Part shown: in pieces, positions 26,137 through 39,479 of the stretch
Position numbering within the stretch: the stretch's first letter is position 1
Layout of the letters: each line of letters starts with the position of its first letter
NCBI GenBank assembly: GCA_951406725.2
Contig: OX597817.1
Location: forward strand, 164,548,001 to 164,612,000
From: Octopus vulgaris
Lineage: Eukaryota
Direction: 5' to 3'
DNA: 64,000 nt
Program-made: the position numbers and the translations under genes
The notes under the pieces: generated by a model
The model's database searches: none
What the model saw: the letters and a program-made list of their open reading frames with translations, nothing else
What the model was told of the DNA's origin: nothing

Positions 26137-26515
26137 TCATCATCATCATCATCATTATCATCGTTTAACGTTCACTTTCCATGCTAGCATGGGTTGGACG
26201 ATTTGACTGAGGACTGGTGAACCAGATGGCTGCACCAGGCTCCAATCTTGATCTGGCAGAGTTTCTACAGCTGGATGCCCTTCCTAACACCAACCACTCC
26301 GAGAGTGTAGTGAAGCTTTTACATGCCACCGGCATGAGGGCCAGTCACGCAGTACTGGCAATGGCCATGCACAAATGGTGTTTCCTATGTGCCACCTGCA
26401 CAGGAGCCAGCCCAGCGGCACTGGCAATGACCTCGCTCGAATGTTTTTTCACGTACCGCCGGCACAAGTGCCAGTAAGGCGATGCTGGTAATGATCACAC
26501 TCGAATGGTGCTTGT
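26137..26515 (-). mobile_element. RTE 3'-end stub (3'UTR repeats plus ATG tail)
   Basis: (CAT)n-gtttaacg..ttccatgctagcatgggttggacg, homologous to 18381-18600. Other minus-strand stubs at ~27610-27997, 29252-29425, 38983-39150, 41120-41480 and 63472-63945. Confidence 0.88.
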
Positions 26516-26569
26516 TTCAACAAATGAGGTTCCAACAAGATACAACTGCACAGTGTTTTTGGTTCAAAG

Positions 26570-26777
26570 ATTTGTTGCATCCTTTCCTGTAGGAATTCCA
26601 GCCTAGCTGGTACTTGCAGATTCTGTTGCAAACATTGTAGTGGTAGTCTTCATCATTTGTGGGTTGATTTGACTTGACTTTATGCTCTGCTCTTTCCTCC
26701 TTCAGGGTGTTGATCCTGGCTGCCTCAAACTTGGAGATGGCTTGGTAGCAAGAACTTCTCCACTGAGCTCTGTTTAG
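26570..26777 (-). pseudogene. C-terminal fragment of a second RTE-type LINE (decayed C2H2 finger)
   Basis: Minus translation LNRAQWRSSCYQAISKFEAARINTLKEERAEHK...NVCNRICKYQLGWNSYRKGC fits the RTE C-terminal pattern DRxxWR..FE..R...CxRxCxSRIGLxSH. Confidence 0.65.
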
Positions 26778-26789
26778 TCATTCCAAATA

Positions 26790-27167
26790 TTTACATTGAG
26801 TGAAGTACATCAACATCAAAATGAAAATCAAATGGAAATTGTAGTTGTGATACCCGTGCTGGTGGCACGTAAAAGGCACCATCTGAATGTGGCTGATGCT
26901 AGTGCCACCTTGACTGGCTTCCGTAGCGGTGGCATGTAAAAAGCACCAACCGATAGTGGCCATTGCCAGCCTCCTCTGGCTCCTGTGCCGGTGGCACGTA
27001 AAAAGCATCCACTACACTCGCGGAGTGGTTGGCGTTAGGAAGGGCATCCAGCTGTAGAAACACTGCCAGATCAGACTGGTGCCTGGTGCAGCCTCCTGGC
27101 TTCCCAGACCCCAGTCGAACCACCCATGATAGCATGGAAAGCAGACGTTACACAATGATGATGATGA
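26790..27167 (+). mobile_element. RTE 3'-end stub, plus orientation
   Basis: Reverse complement of the 26137 stub type. Other plus-strand stubs at ~37815-37975, 39190-39352, 44968-45110, 50190-50485 and 55870-56330. Confidence 0.88.
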
Positions 27168-28719
27168 TCTGTGACAGAATCCAAATCTCCAGTGTATCAA
27201 TATTGATAGAATTTTAGTTAGAGACATCCTATATTTTGAGTTCTTATGCAGTCTAGACATAAAAAAAACATTTCAAATAAAAATTAAATATATTTAAAAT
27301 GCTCTTTTACTTGGTTCACTCATAAAGCCAAAGCAATTTTGAGATCCCCCACCTGAACAAAAATAAATATTGGTGAATATTTATTTTAGCATTTAATATG
27401 TTTGGTATATTTTTTTGATTTGGAAGAGTGACACTTAGGACATAAAAATGTATATTTACTAGTATAAAACCCACATCATCACTTGGCTGTGTGGTTAGGG
27501 CATAAATATGTGATACTTATATGTGATGCCTTGGGCAAGTCACTTCTGTAGCTCTGGGCTGACCAAAGCCTTGTGAGTAGATATGGTAGACAGAAACTAA
27601 TAGAAGCCCATCATCATCATCATCGTTTAACGTCCGCTTTCCATGCTAGCATGGGTTGGACGATTTGACTGAGGACTGGCGAACCAGATGGCTGCACCAG
27701 GCTCCAATCTTGATCTGGCAGAGTTTCTATGGTTGGATGTCCTTCCTAACGCCAACCACTCCGAGAGTGTAGTGGGTGCTTTTATGTGTCACCAGCACGA
27801 GGGCCAGTCGGGTGGTACTGGCAACGGCCATGCTCAAATGGTGTTTTTTACGTTCAACCTGCACAGGAGCCAGTCCAGCGGTACTGGCAACAACCTCGCT
27901 TGAATGTTTTTTCACATGCCACCAGCACAAGTGCCAGTAAGGTGACACTGGTAACGATCACGCTCGAATGGTGCTTTTTACGTGCCACAGGCACGGAAAA
28001 TACGTAAAAAAAAATTGTGTATGTTAGCTGTCCACTGAAATGAATGAGGCATGAACAGTGTGAAAGAGAATATTTTGGTCATCTGTTGTAGAACCTGAAA
28101 CTAGCGTACACCAAAAATCAAGTTCTTTAATGTTATTACTGAATGTTAAACACACTAACTTCGAAGTTTTTTACGAAGAATATAAATAGCTGATCAAATT
28201 AAGTTTAATGTAACTTACTTTCTGCACAGATAAAATTATGCAAAATATTAGAAAAGTGTGAAATTTGATTGAAATTATTGCCCTCATCATATATGTATAT
28301 ATGTGTATATGTGTGTTTGTGTCTCCATATCTGGACATAATGGTAGTTAGAAACAAGTGACTCTGTGAAAGCATATCTGGTTATGGGGAAATATTAACTT
28401 GCTTGGAAACATGTGGAAGTTGGTGACAGGAATGATTTCTAGCCATGAAAAAAAAACTGCCTCAATAAATCCCTTTTGATCCATGCAAGTATGGAAAAGT
28501 GGATGTTAACACAATTATGGAAATAATGACAGTGACAGCAGCAGCAGCAATGATGGTGGTGGTGGTGGTGGTGGTGGTGGTGGTGGTGGTGGTGGGGAGG
28601 AAGAGGAAGAGGGGTTTGTTTTAATCCTTCATAGCAAAATAGGTTGTGTTGAAAGATTGATGCCTTCTTTGAGAGGATGTCGAATCAAAAAAAAAAACTT
28701 TCAGAAATTCTATTTCTAA

Positions 28720-29250
28720 AATCAATCAGAACTGGGGAAGAATATTTGTCTTGTTCTTTGACTTCTAAAGTAGCCATGCATTCATTCCAGTTAACATTAA
28801 AGAAGTAAATGTTTCTGTTGCATCCTTGTTCTGTAACTAAGCATTCTCTGATCCAATTAATCCCTTCACCCCCCTCAAAGAAACTAATGTTTCTCAGCAA
28901 CTGTTTGGACATAGTCATGTTTTTACTGAGAAAGTCATTTTGTTGAAGCCAATAGTTGGAGAGTCATTTGTTACCAAGTCGAGCACAATATCGTCATTGT
29001 ATCATTATTACAAGTTTAGTGATTGTTGAAGCAATCTCAATGATTCCTTTTGTTGTCTTTTTCAATGTGACACTTTGGTAAAAGGACATTTTGAAAGCCT
29101 ATTTTCTCAACTAGTTCCTTCTGCACAAATACTAATTACAGATTGGCAGATGAGATCTAAGCCTTCAAATACATTTCTTTTATTGATCAGCCTTATCACA
29201 GTTTGTCTTCTGCTACCATAATTGGTTTCAACAGTTGTGAAGCTTTTCCC
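28720..29250 (-). pseudogene. Possible highly decayed Helitron PIF1-helicase remnant
   Basis: Only scattered minus-strand peptides resemble the helicase (..SQLLK..GSRRQTVI.., LRLGND, WIRE); many stops and frameshifts. Confidence 0.3.
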
Positions 29251-29423
29251 TTCATCATCATCATCATCATCATCATTGTTTAACGTCTGTTTTCCGTGCT
29301 AGCACGGGTTGGACGGTTCAACCGGGGTTTGGGAAGCCAGGAGGCTGCACCAGGCTCCAGTCTGATCTGGCAGTATTTCTACAGCTGGATGCCTAACGCC
29401 AACCACTCTGAGTGTAGTAGGTG

Positions 29424-29460
<37 letters not shown>

Positions 29461-32400
29461 TTAATTTTTCTTAAAGAAACACTCAGTGCCTCTTCCCCTA
29501 CCTCACCCACCCATCACCTACCAGCCTTCAAAGAGCTAAAATCTCCCAATCTTTCACTTTTGTCTGATGTTTCCCACTTGCGTAGAATTGTACTGAAATA
29601 GCAGACATAAAAAATATCAGCCCACCACCACAAAATCTAGCATGCTAGAAACAACAGGTAAACAACATTATTTCTGAAGAAACTTCCTTGCTTACCAAAA
29701 AGCTAAAAGTGAAACATTGGGAGTGTGTAGCTTTTTGGAAGTGGTGAGCTGATGCGTTAAATTCTTAGATTCATACTCTGTTTGTTCTCCATGGATTACC
29801 AAGAATAAAAATTTGAAAAAAGTGAAAAATGAATTTGGTGTGGAGAGGGAGAAAATTAAAATATTGAGGACGTGTTTTGTGGGTGAAATCCTAATCTCCT
29901 TCATCACAAACATAGGAATTGGAAGAAATTTAGGTAAAAAATGAAGTGGGGGGCAGAAATGTCACCTCGGACATGCTAGAAAGAAGAGGTAAAGGACAGG
30001 ATTTCTGGGGAAACTTCCTTTTAAGTTTATATCGAAGATCAGGTTAATACACTCATCTCAAACAAAAATTACACTATAGAAAAAGAACATTTAAATTGGA
30101 TTTGAGCTGTAAATTTGCGCATGCACAGTGCATGAATTAACATAATTCGCACAAAAGTTTTACCTAGAGTGTGTGTATGCATGTGTCAAAGGAAGTTATT
30201 TTATGGGATTCTCTTGTTTGAAGAAGCAAAGTTGTCGACTCGACATATATGGGACAATATAGCTGTTCATTAATTTCTGTAAAATTGTTTTAATTTCTGT
30301 ATGCTTTGAAGAGAGCAGAAATTGAAAGAGAGGATAAAGTGAAAAGGCAACATTTGCTTTGGAGAGAAGAAAGTAAAAGAGAGGAGAAAGTGTAAGATGT
30401 ATATGTATATGAAATGGACATGTGTGTGTGTGAGAGAGAAAGAGAGAGTGAGTGAGTGAGTGAAGGTGTGTGTTGTGATGTATGATTTTTTTTGCATGTG
30501 TGTGTAAGTGGCACTCACTCGCTCTCTCTCTCACACACACATTAGCTTACGTATGTAAATTATTGAAAAATCAGAGGCTGCTGTGGTTGTCTGAGAAAAG
30601 ATCCCTTTCTAGGTGTAGAGTGTTAAAAACTCAGACAAAATCTTCCCAGAGGTAACTGTGAGAATGACAGGGACATGTTTCATCATTTTTACAGTTTGCC
30701 AATACCACGCGTCTCTAGAAGTAGCTAGCCTAGCAGCCTCTTTGCAAAACCAATGAATTGTTCATTTGCTGTTTCTAAATACTTCCGACTGACCAAGATG
30801 ATTACATCTTAGAAGTGACCCGAGTGCATGGTATTGACTAGCCACAAAAACAGTGAAATACGCATTTGTCACTTTATGGACGCTTCTGGGATGATTTCAT
30901 TTTGTCTAGCTCTTATGTATATTGTGTTTATAACACACTGTGTCTCTAAAGGTATCTTTCTTGAGATGATCACTGCAGCCTCTGACTTTTCAATAATATA
31001 CATACATTAAGAATGTCACAAAGATAAAGATTTTAACCCTTTAGCATTTAAACCAGCCACATCAGACCCAAATCACTCAACCATGGTGGTGGTTGAATAT
31101 ATATATATTCTTAAGTCCACCATTTCGTCAATTGCAGCAGCTTCCAAGCTTCACCACTAATTCAGTTCTCAACTAAATTGCAAACTGTTAACAGTTTTAA
31201 AGAGGACACCTCCTTGGCTACACTTTGGCATAAATAGTTTGAGATTTGGTTCAGTAGAAAAAAAAGTTACATCAAAATATCTGCAACCTCAAGAGGGGCA
31301 GTAAGGCAGATATTCATCTTCAGTTAACATAAACTTTTTAAATTTTAAATTAAAAGTATACCTTTCTTAGGCTTAAATGATAGAAAAATGTATGAGGAAT
31401 TCAGAATCGCTAGTCGCATTAAACAAAAGGTTAGTAGAAAAAGAGTTATGTAGTAAAATGTTGCGAAATTTCATGTCATTAAGTAAGGAAATAAGGGAGT
31501 AACGCTTCAGCAATAAGGATAAAGAATATATTTCTAAAATGAATATTTACTTTCTAAGGTGGTGAGCTGGCAGAAACATTAGCGTGCCAGGCGAAATGCT
31601 TAGCGGTATTTCGTCTGTCCTTACGTTTTTGAGTTTGAATTTCACCGAGGTCGACTTTGATGTACAGATTATTTAATTAAATTTTTTTTAACTAAACACT
31701 TTCAATCTTCCGATATTGGTAGAATATGTCACATAGAACTTACAAATTCGCTGAACAGTTTTGTATAATAAATTTAAAAGATGAGAACTGTAAAGAGTGA
31801 TAAATTAGAACTGGCATTCTTTGCTGCAATATTTTTAGTAAAAAGTTTCTTATTTTTTACTATACTTTTAATGGTGTAATAATTTGTCCTGTAGGTTTAC
31901 AATCTTAAGAATATGACTTTTCATGCTTGCATTTTTCCATGTAATATTATACATGCTTTATGTTCAAACAGGGCAGACGTGGTCTTTCATACCTATCCTG
32001 TTATGTAATTCAGAAAACTAAACACTCACATCATAAAAATATCAAAATTACAACATTAATGCATGATTAATTCGAAACATCAAAACAATGTGAATTAATA
32101 AGCATTACATTTGATAAAGTAATCTGAATGCTAAAGGGTTAATCTAGAGCTGCTTCGCATTCATAATTTGGATTTTGTTTATGCTGGAACATAAACAAGA
32201 TCTTTTGGATCTTTTTTTCTATTTTTTCAGTTGTGAGTTTATAGATTTAGGCATATTTAGAGTTTCTTCATCTTTTACTTTTACTTTCATTCCTTTCTTC
32301 ACAAAATCACATTGAGTTCTTATTTGTCCTCTTTTCAAACAATTCATCCAATGGTCAGATGAATTGCCTTCAGAATCATTAGAATCATCATTTGTTAAGT

Positions 32401-32875
32401 TACTCTTTTTCTACTTTGTGAATGTGGAATACAAAAAAAGCTGTGAGTATATTTGATAGATGGAAACTGAAAGAAGCCCATCATGTATGTGTGTGTGTGT
32501 ATTGTGTGTTGTCTTGATATTATGTGGTAGTTGCAAACAAGCATTGCTCATTTCCAATCTTCTGTGCAAAACATGTTAGGCCATGGAGAAATGTTACCTT
32601 ACTTGGAAGGTGAAGATTGCTGACAGGATGAGCAACCAGGCATAGAAAATCTGCCTCGACAAATTTTATATGACCCATGCAAGCATGGAAAAGTGGACAT
32701 TAAAGTAATGAGGAGGTGGTGAAGGTGGTAGTGGTGGAAAGAAGAGTGCAATGTCAACAGTATTAAAGTTTTTTTTGTCCCAAAACCTCATGTGTATTCA
32801 AATTTTTCTTAAAAAGAAAAAAAAAACATTATCATACAAGATCAGTTCCTTCTGACTCATCACAGTATTTCATGA

Positions 32876-33167
32876 TGTTCTTGAGCAAAACACTTCATTT
32901 CACATTGCTCCAATTCACTCAGCTAGCAAAAATGAGTCATCCTCTGACAGACCAGTGTCCCATTCAGACAGGGAATATATATGCCATGAAACCAGGAAAT
33001 CAGCCCTTGTGACTCGGTATAACTCAAGAAGGTAACTTTACTTTTACTATTACTAGTATACTACTATTACTGGCACTACTTAAATACAGAGGTTCCGTTT
33101 AAAAACAGAAGTCCCTATGCATCTACGTAATGATGTTTTTACAGTGCACACTTGTTATGGTTAGTTT
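32876..33167. repeat. Inverted duplication of 33974-34265
   Basis: ~292-bp near-identical reverse complement covering part of a SINE, the TSD and the right end of the MITE. Confidence 0.9.
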
Positions 33168-33462
33168 ATTGCCCTTTTCTTTGGCCCACAGAGTACTTGA
33201 TTCAGATGCACATTTGTTGTCATGTCTTGGATCTATGTTAAAGAAAGCCGATAATTTCCTTTGTGACATAAGGTCCTTAAATATCACTCACATAACATTA
33301 ACAATGGTGCAGATATTGCCAATTCCACGTATGAGAATTTAGACCCTCACAACTGTTCTAGGCATAACAACCCTGATGGAGCCATAACTAAATATTTGAA
33401 AGTAACAATGAATGTAAAACTACTATTAACAATACCAGTGTATATTTGTATACTAGTAATAG

Positions 33463-34069
33463 GGTACTGCTTAAATACAGAGGTCCCTTAATGGTACTAC
33501 TTACATACAGAGGTCCCAACTGTGTGGACGTGTAATGACACCTTAAAACTAACTCCCAAAACTAACCCTAACCCTGACTCTAAAACTTAACCCTAAAAAT
33601 TAACACCGTAAACTAACCCTAAAAACTAACCTTAAAAATTAACCCTAAAAACTAACCCTGGAAACTAACCCTAAAACTAACTCCCAAAACTAACCTTAAC
33701 CCTGACCCTAAAACCTAACCCTAAAAATTAACCCTGTAAACTAACCCTAAAAACTAACCCTAAGAACTAATCCTAACCCTGACCCTAAAAACTAACCCTG
33801 AAAACTAACCCTAAAAACTAACCCTAAAACTAACTCCCAAAACTAACCTTAACCCTGACCCTAAAACCTAACCCTAAAAATTAACCCTGTAAACTAACCT
33901 TAAAACTAACCCTAAAAACTAACCCTGACCCTAAGAACTAACCCTGAAAACTAACCCAGAAAACTAACCCTAAAAACTAACCGTAATGAGTGTGCACTGT
34001 AAAAACATCATTACGTAGATGCATCAGGACTTCTGTATTTAAACGGAACCTCTGTATTTAAGTAGTGCC
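33463..34069. mobile_element. Merlin-like MITE (GGYAC ends) carrying a ~440-bp telomere-like repeat array
   Basis: TIRs ggtactgcttaaatacagagg / cctctgtatttaagtagtgcc; perfect 8-bp TSD agtaatag (33455-33462 and 34070-34077). Confidence 0.85.
33541..33985. repeat. Degenerate telomere-like array (CCCTAA / AAAACTAACCCT units) with higher-order repetition
   Basis: Direct reading; block aactcccaaaactaaccttaaccctgaccctaaaacctaacc recurs at ~33551, 33680 and 33832. Confidence 0.92.
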
Positions 34070-34097
34070 AGTAATAGTAGTATACTAGTAATAGTAA

Positions 34098-34350
34098 AAG
34101 TAAAGATACCATCTTGAGTTATACCGAGTCACAAGGGCTGATTTCCTGGTTTCATGGCATATATATTCCCTGTCTGAATGAGACACTAGTCTGTCGCAGG
34201 ATGACTCATTTTTGCTAGTTGAGTGGAATGGAGCAATGTGATATGAAGTGTTTTGCTCAGGAACACAATGCGTCACCCAGTCCAAGAATTGAAACTACAA
34301 CCTTACGATCATGAGTCTAACACCCTAACCACTAGACCACATGCTTCCAC
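34098..34350 (-). mobile_element. tRNA-derived SINE family C
   Basis: Minus head gtggaagcatgtggtctagtggttagggtg...; homologues at 34575-34830 (-) and 53779-54080 (+). Confidence 0.8.
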
Positions 34351-34574
34351 TGTACTAGTAATACAAACTATCATACATTTAGCACATATGCCATTAATAC
34401 CAATGATAATAATTTGAGTCCCTGTATCATTAATAATAATAATTATGGTATGAATTGTTCTAACTATGCCAACTGTCTCCATTGTAATAACGATGATGGT
34501 AATTAATTGATTCTTATCAAAGAATTAATAATCATACTAACTATACTAACCTTGGCACAGCTAATAATAAATAT

Positions 34575-34830
34575 AAAATAAATGTTCCTTCTTGAGCCAT
34601 GCCAGGCTCATAAGGGCTGGTTTCCCGGTTTCAGTGGTGTAGAAATTCCCCACCTGGACGGGACGCCTGTCCATCGCAAGATTACTCATTTTTGCCAGCT
34701 GAGTGGACTGGAGCAACGTGAAATGAAGTGTTTTGCTCAAGAACACAACGCATTGCCTGGTCCAGGAATCGAAACCACAACCTTACGATCATGCGTTCAA
34801 CACCCTAACCACTAAGCCACACACCTCCAC
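34575..34830 (-). mobile_element. tRNA-derived SINE family C
   Basis: Minus head gtggaggtgtgtggcttagtggttagggtg..gtggtttcgattcc; TSD-like acagctaataat on both sides. Confidence 0.82.
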
Positions 34831-35003
34831 ATACAGCTAATAATGCATCACCCATATTCTGTGAGGAGAAGACATGCAGTTTCAGAGTACATAGTAGTCT
34901 CTTTGAGGAACAATTGCTTACATTATAATGTTTATAAATGTACCTTTACCACCACATTGACCCACTCTGCCAGAATTTTTATTGGTGGAACATTTGAACT
35001 GTT

Positions 35004-35390
35004 TACTCTTTTACTTGTTTCAGTCATTTGACTGTGGCCATGCTGGAGCACCGCCTTTAATTGAGCAACTCGACCCCAGGACTTATTCTTTTTTGTAAGC
35101 CTAGTACTTATTCTATCGGTCACTTTTGCCGAACCGCTAAGTTACGGAGATGTTGGGGGGACAAACACACACACAACCATACACGCACACACACACACAA
35201 CCATACACACAAACACACATATATATACGATAGGCTTCTTTCAGTTTCCATCTACCAAATCGACTCACAAGGCTTTGGTTGCCCAAGGCTATAGTAGAAG
35301 ACACTTGCCCAAGGTGCCATACAGTGGGACTGAACCCGGAACCATGTGGTTGGTAAGCAAGCTACTTACCACACAGCCACTCCTGTGCCT
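35004..35390 (-). mobile_element. SINE family A
   Basis: Reverse complement of 10431-10842. Further copies at ~36873-37790, 37977-38760, 43750-44184 (-) and 57447-57893 (-). Confidence 0.88.
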
Positions 35391-37052
35391 GTTTCTCCGG
35401 TATTGCTAGAAAACAATTTACCTCCCTGACCACCTACATCCACTACTTCAAAGTTGAGAGTATTCCATACGCGAGAAACCAATAACCTTGTAATTCATGT
35501 TGCTGTGAGTCCTTAAATATATTACATGACTGAATGAGGCCTCCCTCTTTAAATGCTTCTCTGATGTAATTATGTGCAGACATAAATACTACAAAACGTT
35601 CTCTTGTTACCATAAATTTTTCTGTTCTACTAATTTGCCCTTCACTATAATACTTCCACCTTAATAACTGTACTCCTGTACCACTGAATTAGCCACACTA
35701 AGGGTTTTCTCATCTTTCCCCTTCTCCTCCCCCTCTTACCAATACATCTTGTATCTCCTACTCCCACTATCTCATTTTACTAACCTGTGTTGCCGCTGAT
35801 ACTCCACTAGTGTCTTTATAATTTTTTTTTTTTCTTATCTCCACGACTGACCTTGATTTATTGTATACTATGCACCTGCTCTATGATCGCGCCTACTACA
35901 ATAATCTTTTATCTCCCACTATTAATCTTTCCTTCCACAGACACTGGTCTCCCTTTGAGCTAGTCTACTTCCCTTGTTTTTATTGCCTCTTATATTTCTC
36001 TTTTTTTTTTTTCTTGATTCTATTAACTGATATTTTTCATTACTAATTCTACCTGAAGCAACTCCACCAATCTCTTCCCTTCCAATCTTTTCCTCAATGT
36101 TCCTGTCTTTACTATCCCACTCAACCCCTTGTATTTAGTTTCCCATTGACCCTATTTATAAAAACTACACTATTTGTTGCCAGAGTTTTCTGATGAGACT
36201 AACTGGAGTCCTCATCTTGAATCTTTTAAAATCCATGTTAATTCATAACCTACTATATTATTGGACCTTATTACATAATATATAGTCGTGGCACCAGTCA
36301 TTGTTTATTTGAAACAGCTGTAAAGATAAGACTTACATCATTCATTTGTTTGTTTACACAACTTTCCATGTAAATACATTTTTGTGCCTACTTTTGTTTA
36401 TGTTTTTAAATTCTTCTGTACCTTCTTGACAAAGATTGGTTTCTTATAGCCAACGTCTTACGCTGGTGTAAGCTGCCCTGAATGAAAGAATTAAAGTTCA
36501 AGTTTTGGATTTATCTGAACGCTACTTAGGGACTTTCTGTACCAAGCTTACTTTAGCATTTGCCCTTCCAAGGTCAACAACAATTTTAGGCATTACTGAC
36601 ATTGATATACTAACTTACTATACCCACCACCATAAGAGTACAAAAATTATGGGTGACTATGTGTCTAGGTTATGAACCAATATTTACATCTAATTCATTT
36701 TTAAGCACTTTCAGAATCTCTGATCATTATTAAGTATCTCTTTGCTGTAGGTGTACATAATACCAGACTGGACTCAAAATAAGGATCTTATTTCTGAAGT
36801 AATGGTAGTAACATTCTTATATATGATGTCTCTGTTGTATTATAATAACAATGTTAGCTGCTGAAGCTAAAGAGAGGTGTGGCTGTGTGGTAAGAAGCTT
36901 GCTTCTCAACCACATAGTTCCGGGTTCAGTCCCACTGCGTGGCACCTTGGGCAAGTGTCTTCTACTATAACCTTAGGCTGACCAAAGCCTCGTGGGTGGA
37001 TTTGGTTGACGTAAATTGAAAGAAGCTCATTGTGTGTATGTATATATATATA

Positions 37053-37101
<49 letters not shown>

Positions 37102-37379
37102 ACGTATAATAAATCTTGTGTGTACAGCTTGATGTATGACTTGTTGATTTTAGAACTCCACATAGAATGTCATCATCCAGGCCTGCTTCCAGGCCACAGC
37201 ATCACATCACTACACACACGTGTGCGTGCAAACACCTGCTCTCTCTCTGACTGTCTGTCTGTCTCTCTTCCCTCTTTCATTTTGACAACTGCCTTCTCTA
37301 TATGTATCTTTTTCTAACCCAACCACACACGCACACATAAAATGTTTCATTGTTAAATCTAACACACACACCCATGCAC

Positions 37380-37421
<42 letters not shown>

Positions 37422-37529
37422 CTCTCTCCCTTTCTCACTCACTTTTGCATTTCTCTTCCAAACCTATTTTATTAAACCTACACATACACACAAATGCAAA
37501 ATGTCCACACACACACACATGTATATATA

Positions 37530-37565
<36 letters not shown>

Positions 37566-38104
37566 TGTGTGTGTCTGTTTGTCCCCCTACCATTGTTTGA
37601 CAACCGATGCTGGTATGATTATGTCCTGGTAACTTAGCAGGTCAGCAAAAGACCGACAGAATAAGTGCTGGGCTTACTAAGAATAAGTCCTGGGGTTGAT
37701 TTCTTCAACTAAACCCTTTAAGGCAGTGCTCCAGCATGGCTACAGTCAAATGACTGAAACAAGTAAAAGAATAAAAGAATTAAAAAATTAAAAAATAACA
37801 AAAGATTTAAATTACTGAGTGAGTGGTTGGCGTTAGGAAGGGCATCCAGCTGTAGAAACATTGCCAGATAAGACTGGAGCCTGGTGCAGCCTTCTGGCTT
37901 CCCAGATCCCCGGTCGAACCGTCCAACCCATGCTGGCATGGAGAATGGATGTTAAACAACAATGATGATGATGATGGCATGACTGTGTGGTAAGAAATTT
38001 GCTTCCCACCCACATGGTTTCAGGTTCACTCCCACTGCATGGAACCTTGGGCTGACCGAAGCCTTGTGAATGGATTTGGTAGACAGAAATTGAAAGAATA
38101 ATGC

Positions 38105-38517
38105 TGCGAGCTGGCAGAAACGTTAGCACGCCGGGTGAAATGCTTAGCGGTATTTCGTCTGCCGTTACGTTGTGAGTTCAAATTCCGCCGAGGTCGACTT
38201 TGCCTTTCATCCTTTTGGGGTCGATAAATTAAGTACCAGTTAAGCACTGGGGTCGATATAATCGACTTAATACCTATGTCTGTCCATGTTTGTCCCCTCT
38301 ATGTTCAGCCCCTTGTGGGTAATAAAGAAATAGGTATTTCGTCTGCCGCTACGTTCTGAGTTCAAATTCCGCCGAAGTCGACTTTGCCTTTCATCCTTTC
38401 GGGGTTGATTAAATATGTACCATTTATGCACTGGAGTCAATACAATCGACTCGATCCCTTTGTCTGTCCTTGTTTGTCCCCTCTGTGTATAGCCCCTTGT
38501 GGGTAGTAAGGAAATAA
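38105..38517 (+). mobile_element. Dimeric SINE family B inserted into a SINE A
   Basis: Two tandem units joined at aaagaaata|ggtatttcgtctgcc; TSD gaaattgaaagaa. Confidence 0.85.
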
Positions 38518-39151
38518 GAAATTGAAAGAAGTGCATGTGTGTGTGTTTTTGTGTCTCTGTCTCCCACTATTGTCTGACATCTGGTGTTAGTATGTTTATG
38601 TCCCCATAACTTAGCAGTTCGGCAAAAGAGACTGATAGAATACCAGGCTTAATATATAAAAAATAAGTACTGAGGTTGATTTATTCAACTAAATTTTCTT
38701 CAAGATAGTGTTCCAGCATGGCCACAGTCTAAAGCAGAAACCAGTAAAGGATAAAAGATTTAGATATATTTTACATGATTCAGTTACTGCCTTGACTTTA
38801 TTTTGAGGTATTGGAGTTCTTCAAATGCTGTAGTCCTCGTTGCAACTCTTGTGTGAATCTTGATGTCTAGGCCTCTTTTTTTAATATGGAACTTTATGAC
38901 TAGGTTCTTGTCAAGTTAGTTTTGGAAATCAAATGATATATGATGATGACAACTGCGACAATGATGGATATATATATATATATCATCATCGTTTAACGTC
39001 CGTTTTCCATGCTGGAATGGGTTGGACGGTTTGACTGGGATCTGGGAAGCCAGGATGCTGCACCAAGCTCCAGTCTGATCTGGCAGCTGAATGCCCTTCC
39101 TAACGCCAACCACTCCATGAGTGTAGTGGGTGCTTTTTACATGCCACTGGC

Positions 39152-39182
<31 letters not shown>

Positions 39183-39479
39183 AGGGCATGATGTTAGGAA
39201 GGGCATCCAGCTGTAGAAATTTTGCCAGATCAGATTGAGCCTGGTGCAGCCTTCTGACTCACCAGTCCTCAGTCACATAGTCCAACCCATGCTGGCATGG
39301 GTTGGACGATGTGACTGGAAAGCAGATGTTAAACGATGAAGATAATGATGATGTCTAGAGAATGACTCTGTTTCTTGTTTTAAGATTGAACCAGATCTGA
39401 CTTGTTTCATAAAAATAAAGACTCCCCGACTTTTGTTGACGCTGTATTCTATAACATTGATTCTTTATGATATTTCCAG

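Noticed and set aside
33541-33985. True telomere or chromosome-fusion scar
   Set aside because: Degenerate, single orientation, and enclosed by TIRs with an 8-bp TSD.
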